Below are positions 47,426 through 60,966 of a stretch of DNA of 64,000 nucleotides, in pieces. The stretch is taken from contig NC_087253.1 in the NCBI RefSeq assembly GCF_037042905.1, positions 17,546,001 through 17,610,000 on the forward strand, given 5' to 3'. Positions within the stretch are counted from its first letter, which is position 1. Every line of letters begins with the position of its first letter. Position numbers and translations under genes: made by a program. The stretch is from Lytechinus pictus (taxonomy: Eukaryota). The notes under the pieces are model-generated. The model did not search any database and had not been told where the DNA came from. It saw nothing but the letters and a program-made list of their open reading frames with translations.

Positions 47426-50400
47426 GAGAGTTGTTAGAAAACAAAACCTCCCATAAAAGACTGAATTGGTTGAATGACCTTACTAACATTTTGGAATAAA
47501 CTTTTGTAAAGAATAACAAAAAAAATTCTAAGCTGCTAAGGTTATTTTACAAGGTACATTGGCTTATTACAAAGAGTCGGGTCAGCGTCCGGTCACATTT
47601 TTGTCAAGTTGAGGAAATTAACGACTAAAAGTACTGTCAGTTGAATATGAATTGATCGAGATAAAACAAATATACAGTATCCTTCAAAGATACCATAGGA
47701 AATTTTAGTCGATAATCTCATCTGCATGAACAGAACGTGACCAGTGTGTTTATAACTAAAACATGCACACTTTCCTTAAAATCCAAGAATAAGCATTTAG
47801 CTTTGAATGAATGGGGAAAGAATTTTCGTTTATTACTATATATTAGAAATTAAAGGACCCGGCATTAAATTGTTATTTTGCATTAAATCCATAAATAAAA
47901 ATAAAAATAAAATCATCAAAATGGTAAATACTGAAACTATATTTGTGTTATTAATCATTTTAAGTATTCCAGGGCCCCATTCACAAGTTTTGCTTTTAAA
48001 GGGGTCCTAAAGCCAATTCGTCTAATTGATATGTGTTTATTTACTCATTTGCTTTGTAAGTATATCTATTTTTATTATGAATTGATGATTTTGGTTTTAA
48101 ATAAATAAACTTGAACTTGAACGTAAATTTAAAATAAGCAGAATTTCATCTTTTTTATTTCAATATGAAATTTCAAAATGATTATAAAAGCTAGGGATGA
48201 CGAGAACCATCTGGATTAATCCATTGAAAGTAGCATAATAATGCAATAGTCTGGTTTAAATTGGGGTCGTTGTCATGAAGCTTGGAAAGTATATAGGTTG
48301 TACATTAGAACCGAATCTAATAAGCCCGGGAACAATTCACAAATAAACATCAATCAACTGCTTTGATAACGTATTATAATCGATAATGATGTTTTCATTT
48401 TCTTTTCAATTAAGTAGTTAATGGATAATTGTTTTGTATTTCAATAATTAATGTAATTTCGGTAATTACATTTTGGGTAAACGCCTACTCTTACAGCTGT
48501 GGTCATTAGGCCCAAATGGTTAGTTTATTACTATTATTATTGAATAGTTATTAACGTTGTTTATTTTGAAAAATTAATTGAGTTCAAATTCCAATAATTT
48601 TGGCCAAAATGGCCACCAATATGGATCCACACTCCTCTCCATCCAAGGGACGAATTAGTTCCGAGTGGGACGCGAAATACAAATAGTATGCGAATACGAA
48701 CTTGGAAGCTATTGGGCGAATGCTCCAAAAGGACGAGACAAAGTGACTATATTGTGCAGTTGTGTGTAGCCAAGTAACAATCAGATTACAGGGGTAATTA
48801 TATACCTGTAAAGTGCTGAAAAACATATCTTCATTTTTAAATCATTCATTATTATTATTAGCATTAATATATTAAGATCATTTCCATGACAATGTTGGTT
48901 AACTTCAAGTTATTTCATAGTCTTGTGAAAAAAATTTCCATCCTTTCTAAAAGATAATTTGATCATTTCATTCCAACAGTTTTAGTTATTTATTTCTTCA
49001 GGTCTTGATATTTTTGAGGGGTTTTGGAATCTCATGAAAAGTGTTTCAAAATCCAGGATTTCATGAATCAACAGAATTTTTGTATTGATTGTTTCCAATA
49101 GAAGGTCAGCTCATTGCACCTGTGCACGGATTACTTTCGGTACTATTCAACAGTTACCAACACTGCAAAAATATACCCATTATTGGTTTAAAAAGGTGAA
49201 CATTATACTTGAGAATGATTGTACACCATTTTAGGCAAAATGCATGGTTTTGGGTGTTGGTTTCAGCGCAAAGTTACGTAAAATTACATAGTATTTGGTA
49301 TCATTTTACCCAGCATACATTCATGTTTCCGTTTTACCCAGCACTGGGTAAACTTTATTGAAGAATGTGACCAGAATTCATGCCGTGAAAAACACTAGTT
49401 TTTTTCATTTGCATTAACATTGACCTACAAAAACTGATGATAATAAAGCTCTCTATAAAATGCACTAGTGTGGATTGCAACAAATAAATGGACCATGATA
49501 AGTCTATACAGAAAAACCAGTGACACAGAGAACTGTGACAATGGTATTCAATTGCCGTAGTGGCAGTAGTAATATTGAAAGAATTCTGCAAAGATTTTCG
49601 GTTATTTCCATTATCTTTTTCATGAACATTTGATATGCGTAGTACATGATCGACCCAAACTTTTGTATTGTTAGCAGTTATGTAAAAGAAAAAATTTGAT
49701 ATGCCTATTTTGATTGAATATTACACTTTAGATGGAAAATTTGAGGGTGACATATTCAATAGGTATTCGTTGTCCAAAAGGAATGGCATGAAAAAAAGGA
49801 TTCAAATTCCTTTGATATTTTCTTTTAATTAAAAGTGGAAAATACGATAAAATTATATTACAATGTATTTTACATCCTGTCAGACAATGCGTTGTACATA
49901 TTTGGAAGTATTTACGGTGTAATTAGATTCATTTCATCATCTTTATATCTTGTGCTTTCTGCCAAATTAAAAGAATTATTGTGATAATAAATGAATGTAA
50001 TAATGAAATTATATAGAGGAAAATCTAGAGGGGCATTTTTATAACTTGTAGTTTTTTTGCGAATATGATAAATGATCAAGAGTTGAATGATTTATAAATT
50101 CGTTTATTCATTCGATGTATGTCTCTGTACATAATTATCCAAATATAAAATCTGTTATTCGTAAGAACATAGAGAAAAAAATGATTATTTTGTTTTGCAC
50201 TTACCTCACATCTACGAGGGGCCATGGTTTGAGTGTTTGCACCATAGCTAAGTCAATTTTGTTTGTTACATCGCAATGATATTATAGGAATTTATCTATT
50301 TATACAAATTACTAATGGTAACTGCAGACCGTGACGTACAGTGATTATTAATTATTCAATGTCAGTTATTGTCATGATTATGGAAATATAAATTTGAATA

Positions 50401-51572
50401 TCTGTAATTGAAACCTGCATGTCTTTCTCTGTCTTTTTTTGTTCTCTTGTCCAATAGAGTAGAGAGAATTAATCATTGTTGTCCCACACCGGCAGAGAAA
50501 AATGGGAAAAAGTTGGAAAATTGATTTTTTTTTTTCGAAAATACAAGCCAACAGCAAAATGTTTGTAATGTACATCAGCAACAAAACAAGACTCTCAGAT
50601 AGTAAAGTATAAAAACGATCATTAAGAATTACACACACACACCCCCACACACAAGATACATTATGGTTAAAAAAATACTATACCATATATGTCATGAGAA
50701 AGCCGTGTAGGATCACCAAAATGCTAATTGGTTGCGGTGAGGATTTAAAACCGAGTTCAACAGAATGCAATCAAATGACCACCCAAGCTAGTTTCTGCAT
50801 AAATAATATAAAAATATATCAACAGATTCTGGAAGATATGATTTAATTGCTTGCTGGGAAATTAGTAGAATAACCATGGAATTTGAGCCAGATGTCGGAG
50901 TTTTTTTTTCTCCAAGCAATGATAACACTGTCCCACGTGTGCTTATATAAGTATGTTGCCGTTCTACATTGTGAACGTTTTCAGGTTAGATTTCATGGTT
51001 TCACAAAGTTCAATTTATCTGACTGTACCAGGTTGATCCACGCTAAGACAATTAATATTGGTTTTAAAGACTTCTTATGAAATCGATGTTTACTGCAATT
51101 CATGTCATTTATCTTTAAAACAATTAATTTGTTAGTTTATTAGATACCTTGGTTTACTCTAAAAACAGGGAGTAAAAATTTGCCCAATATTCAGTAGAAA
51201 GGGAACATGCATATTTGCTGGGTATTTTTCCCCCCAATATTGTGCAAAATACATGTTTAAAGGTTAAATTTCAAAGCAATATTGCGTAAAATTTACAAAT
51301 ATTTGGTTTCCTTTTACCCAACAAACATGCATGTTCCCATTTTACCCAATATTGTTTTTTTTTTTAGAGTGTTTGTTCCTTATCAAAGAGTGATACACTC
51401 AAAAGGCGCTTTATACCATTTGCATTAAGCCTACTGATAATGAGGGAAAGCTAATAGGTAAAAGTAGGTACTAGGTATATGAGTTCGGAGGGGGAGGTCA
51501 GACTGCAAAATGAAAAGCCGAAGTATGATTTGACACTTGAAAAATAAAAAATCTGAAAATGGGTTGGGATCA

Positions 51573-51732
51573 GGGGGGCGTTTCATCAACATTTTTGTCC
51601 GACAAGTTGTCAGATCTGACAACTTTTCTGGATTTTGGTTGGCTGAGAAGCACTGTTACTATGGTAACTGTCGGATAAAATGGGAGTTGTCGGATAAAAC
51701 GTCTGACAAGTCCTTTCATGAAACGCTCCCCT
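51573..51732. mobile_element. Palindromic MITE (family of 36553-36713)
   Basis: Near-identical to 36553-36713. Confidence 0.85.
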
Positions 51733-53537
51733 GGGCACTGTATAGTTGTACCATCAAATCATTTCCCCCAGCCTCACCCCTCCCCCTTTTCATCACTTGA
51801 AAAACCACACGGGGGGGGGGGGTCGCCCCTTGAAATAATGCATCCCCGCCTGAGCCGACTCATATATGAGCTGCCTTTCAATGTGCGGCGCATTTTTGAC
51901 CTTGGGCGACCGATTCTAATTTTTCCTGCTGTACTATTAATAATGGTTTACGCGTTACTGGACTAATGTATGTGTTGCATAGAGACGCACGCATTCGTCG
52001 GCAGATAGTATACATTGTATTGGTCTTGGTTTTCTCCAAAATGTCAATTTCAAAGGCCTTTATGTACATGTATTTGGTTTTTATTCTATTTAATAAGAAA
52101 AATAAATCATGAGAATTTAGTAAAAACATAATCAAAATTAGAAATCAGAAAAATCACCCAGTATACACAGTTACTCTTCTTAAGATATGGAATGCAATAA
52201 AAAAAATTTCCAATGTTTGAAATAATATCTGCTTGATAATTGTACAAGCTTAAATAAGGTCCTGGTCAATTTAACCGAGATCTATTTGTGACTTATAAGT
52301 CAGACCAAAAATGATAGTCAAAATCAACCTAAGTTTTCTGTAAATTGCAGCCAATATTTTTTTTTCATTTTTTTTTTGCCACGACACGTATTCACAAACA
52401 CATCGGTTAGTATGACCAGTAGGCTATCTTTTTTAGAAAGTGCTTTTCTGCCGGGTTGTAAAATCTGCATCTAGAGTCCCTTCTCCCCTCAAAGCAATGC
52501 TATTAATTAAATCTTATTTTTATTTTGTCGTAAGAAAATGTAATATTCACATTATTAATAATATCAATAATAACGTTTCTATAGAGCCTACTGCTATAGA
52601 GCAGTAGCTCTACAGAAAGCGCTCTTATTACTATTTTATAAATAATTATTTAATACTTAGATTTTGAATTACTCAATTATTATAATTACCTAGTGAACTC
52701 TACATATTTGCTTTATCATGGTGGTGCAAATGAGAGTTTATCCATGAAAAAAAAAACAATTGACACCATATCCGACTTTTTAAAAACACGATATTTCATT
52801 TCCAACATATTTTTAAAACACCATAGGCCTATATGTCACCAGATATAGACATCCAAGTTAATCTGTACATTACATCAATAATAATCATGAAGAAACGTCT
52901 ATGTACATAAGTATGGGCGTCGCCCAACACACGCTATATACATACTTTTCATTTTTGACTCTTCATTCATATCTTTATGCTTGATAGCCGTTGGTGTAGC
53001 AATGAAAGTACTCCACTGAGAAGAACATGAATATGATGAGTGTTCAATGACTTTGCACTATTATGTCTTTTTTTAATGTACTCACCATAATTGGCTGGTG
53101 GTGTAAAATTGATAGGAACGTGAGTTTTTTTGTCGGGTAGTGCCCTACTGGAAGTTGAGATGTGCTACTTTATCGCGTCACGCTGAGGAAAATATACATT
53201 TTTGGCAGTTCATATGATTTGATGATAGTACATGTATACATTCTCTCCGCTGGTTTTATCAATTATATTGAATTGCGGAGTGAGTTGAAAGAGTGTGTGC
53301 GTGGTTCGTGTGTGAGTGTTTGATACGTGTGAGTGTGTGTGTGCGGGGAAAGAGAGAGATAACGGGCGTGTGCGACTGTGCGTTGGGAAGGGCGTATGTT
53401 GGCTCTGTCTTCATAAATGTGTATCTAATTGGGTGTGTTGAATTTATGCTCCATGTGTGATATAGGGTGAATAACATGTCTTTTAGTATGGGTGAAGGGA
53501 GTGTGTTTTTTTTTGTATGGGATGGGTAAAATGGTGG

Positions 53538-53715
53538 AGGAGCCGCGGCCAAGTGGTCTACGGCGCCTGCCTAGACTCTCGAAATTCCGAGGTTCAATCC
53601 CTGGTAACGGCACTTAAGCCGGTGAGCAAGGCATTTAACCAACGGTGCCTTTATCCTATATTCAAATAAATGGAAATGCTATACGTATTCTCGGTAGCTA
53701 TGTGTGGATTTTGTT
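53538..53715 (+). mobile_element. tRNA-derived SINE, diverged member of the 17130 family
   Basis: cggccaagtgg A-box, ggttcaatccc B-box, ttcaaataaatggaaatgctata body. Confidence 0.7.
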
Positions 53716-53845
53716 AAAATGCAGTTTTGGCGTTAGTGTATGGATTAGTAAAGGTTTTGTGGGTGGACGTGGGCATGTGTTGTGGTAGGTAAAGAGTAAA
53801 AAACGAAAGGACAAAAAAATCAAAGATAATTTATATTGGACGTTA

Positions 53846-54023
53846 TACTTCGGTCACATTTGCTCTACGGCTGTTTTCGACTCGCCGTACGGCGAGTCGA
53901 AAACAGCCGGGTTTTTTTTTTCATTTTTATTCAAACCACCTATATTTAGCTGGTACAACAAATGTTAAAACGGCTCTTTTCGACTCGCCGTACGGCCGCC
54001 GTAGAACAAATGTGACCGAGGTA
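53846..54023. mobile_element. Palindromic MITE (family of 35468-35630)
   Basis: tacttcggtcacatttgctctacgg ... ccgtagaacaaatgtgaccgaggta. Confidence 0.85.
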
Positions 54024-54904
54024 TTCGAAATTTAACCCCACTATCAATATCCAATTGGTTATAATAGTGCAGGTTATTTGCAACGCTTTGTGTTGTCACA
54101 ACGAAATTAAAATTCATTCTCTCTATTGTCGTGTTCATTGATTAATTTATTTATTCGCCTCTACTTACCCGGTATTGACGAGATGTTTTGAACGAGATGT
54201 TTGATAGAAATATTGAGGTGGGGGTAACAACAGACGACTTCCACGGTTTGCATTAACGGTGTATGTATTTGTGGTTACTAGGGGTGTACTGAATTTTCTT
54301 ATCGCTGTCAAAAATCTACATCGATATATTGATATTTTTATATATTGAAAAGCAAAGCAATGAAACGGAGAGGTACAAGCACGTCACTCCTTAAACATAT
54401 TTGTGTTTCTCTCTCCCTTTCTTTCATCTTTTACTCCGTAGTTCTCTATCTCATCATTAATTGCATTATTTGTCTGATAATCATTCACCCAGGAACCTTT
54501 GTTATTACAAGGTCAATGGCATACTTTAACATGGACTTTTTAAAATGGATGCTAAATAAGTCATCATACGTACTTCGATCTCAGAATGCCATTTATTAGT
54601 ATTTTTGACAAGTTTTCTGCCATCTTAAAACAGATATCTAAAATGCTTCAAACATCTTTTGTTCATGGTAGTGAAATATATATCCTTTACGCATATCGGG
54701 GCAGCTGAAAAGTATTTTTCCGCGGAGTATTTTTCCATAATTTTGATGCTCCTGTTCAGAAAAGGGGACATTTTAAGGACAGTTTTTAGGAATTCATGAA
54801 GAACAGACAATCTCACCAATCCACTAGTGCAAACGTAAGCACGGACTGGAAATGTTTTATATTCAGACATTAAAATCACTTTAAGTAGTCATGAAAAAGA
54901 CGCA

Positions 54905-55061
54905 TATGTCACTATACATAAAACAATAAAAGCTCGAAGTACGAGGAAAATATGTGGCGTATGTTGTTTTATATTCAGATCTTAAAATAAAAAAGAAGCA
55001 TTATGTCACTACATAAAACGATAATAGCTCGAAGTGCGATGAAAATATGTTGCGTATGTTG
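54905..55061. repeat. ~60-bp direct repeat pair
   Basis: tatgtcacta..cataaaac.ataa.agctcgaagt.cga.gaaaatatgt.gcgtatgttg occurs twice. Confidence 0.75.
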
Positions 55062-55537
55062 AACATGATTATCTATCTCATTACACAGACAATGCGAAGA
55101 CCAGGGATGATGAACACATAGGCCCTAAGCAAATTATTTTCATAAAGTTATGAAAATTGTTTCTTATGTATTATATATGCAATATAACATTACATAATAC
55201 AATATCTAATAATTTCTTCTTACCCTACTACTTAACCTTTCTTTCTCCCTCTTTTTATTATTTTCCCCCGTTTTTTTTGCCAGCCGATTGGGAGGGAAGG
55301 GGGGGGGGGGCACGTGCCCCCATAGTTACGCCACTGTCGAGAACATTCTTCCGTTATCTAAAGGAGATATGAAAAAATTACTTTTGCCTTTGTGAAGGTA
55401 ATTATTAAAAATATATGTCAGCTTCATTTAACAAAGAGAAGGAAATACGACAGTCAAATACATATGGATCCTCTACCCATTCAAGTCATTTAGAAAGCAG
55501 TATTTTTGACGACAGGTGATGGATGAGTGAGTTCCAA

Positions 55538-55940
55538 TCTGCGCATGATCAGAAGAAGGCCATTTGTACAAAAAAAAAGATGGTTTAATAATCCATGAGA
55601 TAAGCACCGTCTGTGAAGACTTGATTATGCATATATATTTTTTTAATTGTGTTTTTCATGAGATCCACAAAAAACAAAAAAAATACATCCCCTAGCAACG
55701 GGTATTTCACAGTTGTCCCAGTACATTATTATAACAACATGCCAATGAAATGCAACAAACACCTTCACAGAGCATTCAATTGTGTGCTATTCTAGTCACC
55801 TGGTCTAATAAATTTCTGCATCTTGCTATATAAGCCAGGCTAACATAATATATTGCTTTGGAATCTGTCTATCATAATGAAATGAATGAAAGGTTATTTT
55901 ACCGAAATTGCCCATGAGGTAACTCCAAACTGGTCTATTA
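55538..55940. mobile_element. Repeat fragment, inverted homologue of 17405-17800
   Basis: Starts tctgcgcatgatcagaagaagg; ends gtaactccaaactggtctatt. Confidence 0.7.
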
Positions 55941-55999
55941 CCAAATGAGCATTCATAAGAATAATACTCTCGTTACAAAAGAAACACAACATTTCTCAG

Positions 56000-56950
56000 A
56001 AATTTATAGACCAATGTACAACGTAAAAAAGTTTTTCGGAGAAACATTTGAAATTCAGATCTTTAACAAATTGCAAATGCTTTTATTTTAGAATTCACCA
56101 TTTCAATTTGATCATAACTTTGCGAACAGATCTATGCAAACAGAAAAGACACAAGGTTTATGGATACGGTTGGGTTGTGGCCCATGAGTTTTTGTTATTG
56201 TATTATGAACCTGGTCGTTAATGTTGAATAAATTTGCCAGAGTTACTGGTAAAGCACCTGCATATCAATCATAAAAACCATTATCTCCTTATAGTATAAA
56301 TATTTATTACTTTCAACAATTCCTCTTTACAAAAATAATCTGTCTGCATAAAAACAAGCATTACATAGAATTCTTTATCATTACCATTTTAAATGCTTTT
56401 ACAGATTTTACCATACACAAACAACATTTTCCATCAAAATTATCATCCAATATAGCCCAAGAAATTTACTTGATTATACTTTTATCAAATCCTTATTGAA
56501 ATAAACATTTCATGGCAAAGTATCAATTACGTAGTTATTTGCATTTGACAGATTAAGAGATAGTTCATTAAGATGAATTAAGAAGTCATCTCATTTTCTC
56601 AAATGACTTTCTCTAACGGTATTTGAGGATCCCCAAATGAAATTTCGTTGGTATCATCTGCAAACAATATAATAAGTCTAGCGGATACTGAAAATCTTCG
56701 AGTACATGCATGAACAATAAATACGAGAGGACCAAGAAGGGAACCTTGTGGAACCCAATCATTAAGTCAAACAACTCTGAATGGACATCTAGTAAAGATA
56801 CAAATTCTATTAGTTCAGCATAATTAGTCGTATCAATTGATTTCATTAACGGCTTTGTTAGCAATTACATTAAAAAGCCATTCTAATATTTTCTGATTCC
56901 ATAGAGATGCATAATTCTTATCCAACGAGACAAACTGTCAAGTTTCATAC
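56000..56950 (-). mobile_element. Decayed CR1/L2-type LINE reverse-transcriptase fragment
   Basis: Minus strand VPQGSLLGPLVFI (~56715-56755) and IILFADDTN (~56647-56673), the RT catalytic motifs, with frameshifts. Confidence 0.75.
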
Positions 56951-56971
56951 ACCTCAAAATCACCACTTAAA

Positions 56972-57260
56972 GGGGAAGTTAACCCTGTAGAAAAATTTGT
57001 TGTAAAGGCAAAAGTAAAACAGTAATTCAAAATATTGGTGAAGGTTTGAGAAAGTTAATTTTATGATTAAGAAAGTTATTATAACTTTTTTTGGTATTTT
57101 TTTTCTTCAGGAACTGCTCGCATATGACGTCACAAAAAAAATCAAACTTCGAATAACTTTTTAGATCTTCAATGGATTTCCCTCAAACCTTCACCAATAC
57201 TTTTTAAATTTATTTTTCTGCTATTTTTTACAGTAAACTACTATTTTGTCAGGGTCAATG
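56972..57260. mobile_element. Decayed Kolobok-like MITE
   Basis: TTAA-aggggaagttaaccctg start; inner inverted repeat ggtgaaggtttgag / ctcaaaccttcacc. Confidence 0.55.
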
Positions 57261-58156
57261 TTTACGTCATTATGTGACTCTAATAGAACCAATGCACAAC
57301 CTGTGTGAATAATGTCGACACACATCTATTTTGAGCTGGCGCCGGAACAAAAGAGCGTGCGCTCTATCGCGCATTACTTTATTTGTTCAGTTTGATTACA
57401 GCTGGCACCATTTGCACCAAAATGAACGACATTTTTAGTTTCAACTACACGTCTTAAGGTCTATTATTATATACAGTTTCAGTCTGCGCATAAAGACCTG
57501 TATTTATAAGTTTTGAATCAAGGTAGGCCTATGCTAAAACTAGAACCAATTGAAACGAATTATTTGGGGTTCCTGAACACACTAGAACCTGCTCTGTGTA
57601 TAATACCATTTGCTTTTTGTTTCGCTAGCTTCCATTGCCCGAGATAGTTTCATCAATTTTGAGACTATGGCGGATCCGATGAAAATCAATCAATATTCGT
57701 CGCTGTGTGGCTCCAATAGATACTCGTTGATGTAACTGTGTCCTTAATAATAAGGAGTCACAATACAGCGTGAACACAGCTAATTTAGTTTAAAGTGTAT
57801 AGGCATCCTATAGTCGATCATTCCCGTTCACGACCTCGATTATTGGTGTGAACAGGGCTACCATTGTTGCACGGGGGAAACCCGGCATTACACAAATATG
57901 TAAATTTCCATTCAATATGCGAAGTTAGTCTTCCTCATATTGTTTAAAATAATAGTCGGATTCACACGGTCTAGGTTAACCCGTTCCTTACTGGATTGTA
58001 TGTTACCATGGTAATCCGTTGGTTTTGTGAGGCTTAGGTATTGAACGACATATGGTTCTACGGCTGTCAGTTAACAGCTATACCATAGCCGCCCGGTGTT
58101 TCGTGTTTCGGACTTTCGAATAAATCGGTTCGGTTTCTACGACAGATCGTACTAGC

Positions 58157-58341
58157 CAGGGGCCGCGGAAGCGGGGGGGGGGGGGTGGGGCTGGGGTGGC
58201 TTTAGCCCCCCCCACTTTTTTCCAAAACCATGTACAAAAACGTAAAAATGACCATACGATTGTGATTTTTTGCATGGTCAGCCCCCCCACTTTTGGCTCA
58301 GCCCCCCCCCCCCCGCTTTGAAAACCGTTCCGCGGCCCCTG
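58157..58341. mobile_element. GC-rich MITE with 5-bp TSD
   Basis: caggggccgcggaa ... ttccgcggcccctg, flanked by ctagc on both sides. Confidence 0.85.
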
Positions 58342-59076
58342 CTAGCGACGAATGGAAAAAAGGGTAATGTGACCAAAAGTCTATTGTCATATTCAAATTA
58401 CATTTTAACTATTTAAACAGAGGTTGGTAAACTACCGTAGGACCATGGATTCTTTTTATCGATTTCGAGTACAATCTCACAATTTAATTTTTCTCCCATT
58501 TTGAGTACGAGATCAGGAAAGCAAAATAATTTTCATTTGAATTATGACTATGATAGTCAAAGAGTTATGCCGTGCAATTAGTTAAAACATAGATACCTTT
58601 TTACTGTCAAATTCGAATTTCATGCAAACCTAACGGTTGTTTTCAAGAGAACGTCAGTGTCGTAACAAATGTATATATAATACCTTAATCTTGCAAGTAT
58701 GTGATGATATAGATATTACATCTCCATGTTTATATCATCACTAAGAGACCGCGACACACATATACACAGTTCTCATCCACAAACACACACTCATTACATC
58801 AACACACACACACACACACACACATAAATTCCATCATTCGTAAATATATTCATCATGCTAATCTCTTCCGCGGTTCCCTTCAAATATCCCACTGCACCTC
58901 ATAATAATGGACTCGACCGACGGCCTATTAAAAATTCTGCATTTTGTATATAACCTAAGTAATATTACCATTACGGATATGTATCAAATGGCAAATTTGA
59001 TCCTCCAAACATTGCCAAGGAAAAAAAATCATTATTACAAAAAAGTATTATTACTTTTAGGTCCCATGCAGACACA

Positions 59077-59295
59077 TACACTCTAAAAAAAAAAATCGAA
59101 TTTTAAACCAACATTTGAAAGGTTGGAGGAGTGACAACCTTTTCCAAATGTTACATCCAACCTTGTATAAAGCTGAATCCAACATTTTAAGTGTTGGGTA
59201 GAACCATTTAAGTGGTAAATGCAACATTTAGAAAATGTTGTCACTCCTCCAATCTTTTAAATGTTTAGTTAACATTTCTTTTTTTTTAGAGTGTA
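59077..59295. mobile_element. CACT-ended MITE flanked by TA
   Basis: tacactctaaaaaaaa ... tttttttagagtgta; inner inverted repeat ttggagggagtgacaac / gttgtcactcctccaa. Confidence 0.75.
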
Positions 59296-60453
59296 TGTTC
59301 TCAAGCGGAGCCTGGTTGGTGTGTGTGTGTGAGGGGGGGGGGGGGGGGTCGGGGAGGCCATAAAGGTGATGTATTTTTTGTTCTTTCAATATAATAATAT
59401 GGTATGGTTGAGTTGCATGAACTATGCATTTCTATCTTCTTCCATTTTCTCCTTCTTCTTTTTTCTTCTTCAGTTCACTACTTGAAAAATCACAAGGGCG
59501 ATCGCCCCTGTCCCTCTAGTAGCACCACGACTGCCCCTGCTCCCATACCTGATTACGTCAAATTAATATGCATTCGCGGCGGTGAGAATCAACTAGTTGC
59601 TGTCATTGCAGCATGTGTATGAATATATTATAAATATGACCTTCTCAAAAGATCGCGTAGGCATAAATGCCGCGCGGCGCCATTTTAATTACTATCGCAC
59701 GGGACACATTTAAACAAAATGGCGGCTCTGAGCCTTTAGTAATTACTTCACTAATTACTGCGAGGAAATGTTCCATACAAACACAGTGTGTGAGGCTTGG
59801 CATGGTGCCTGTAGTCGAACAAACATGCTTTCAGAATGTCAAATCGACCATGACAACTATATAAAAGAATAATTAATCATATTTTGTATTTTCTCCTTTA
59901 AGAGCTTATAGTTATTTCAGTTGCTTTCGTCTGGAAACCATTGAAAGAATGTGAATGCTGATCCTGTACAACAGGGAAATGGAAACAAGGACAACTTCAT
60001 CTATGGCATTGTACGTATACGATAACAACGGAACGAGGGGGAAGAGGAAAATATATTTTGAGGAAGGATTGGTAAAAAGACGAAAGAACGAAAAAAAAAA
60101 AGAATTGGAAGAGAGATATTTTATAATTCATAATTTAAATTAAGCTTTGGATTGGTTAAGGCTCATAATATTTATGCGCCTTAACCAATCTGAAGATTAA
60201 CTGAAATTATAAATTATTTATAATAACATTACTGTATGAGTTGATCACGTGACTCTTCGATACCTCTATTCACCTATATGAATAAATGAAATCACATCAA
60301 GCATTGCCGTAGACAACATCCAATGCGGCAATGAAACCAATCAAAACCGGTGATGAATTAACCCGAATTTATTCATTTGATCGCTTAACATGTCAAAGAT
60401 GTGATAAAACACAAAACAACACTTTTGAAAAAAAAAAGTATTTGCGAAATAAC

Positions 60454-60457
<4 letters not shown>

Positions 60458-60507
<50 letters not shown>
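60458..60507. repeat. (TA)n microsatellite (others at ~40466-40497 and ~60789-60820)
   Basis: Direct reading. Confidence 0.95.
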
Positions 60508-60511
<4 letters not shown>

Positions 60512-60787
60512 AGAAGAATTTGCTATGACCCATGTCAGGTACTATTTCACTTTACTTTTTATTTCTGTTGAGTATGATCCTTTGATAAGATTTCACATAT
60601 TGGTTTTGGGTTTGCTTTAATTTGCTATTAGTTACCATTATGTTCGTTCTGTTGCTTATTCTATGATTTGCTTTATGTGTTTTGTTTAGCAAATAAAAAC
60701 TGAAGAAGGTCAGGGCCGAAAGCTTCACAACATAGTGTATACTTTGCTTCATAAAAGCGATTGGTACAAATATTCACGCCTCTCTCG

Positions 60788-60827
<40 letters not shown>

Positions 60828-60966
60828 AAGTTGCTTGCAGAATTGATATTTATCTCTTGCTCAGTTCGGGATTCATTTGCTCTCTTTCCCGTTTTTCTAG
60901 TTTCATTATTTATCAACCCTTTGCTTCAATGCCGTTTCCTCATTTTGGTGAACCCATATGTATACA

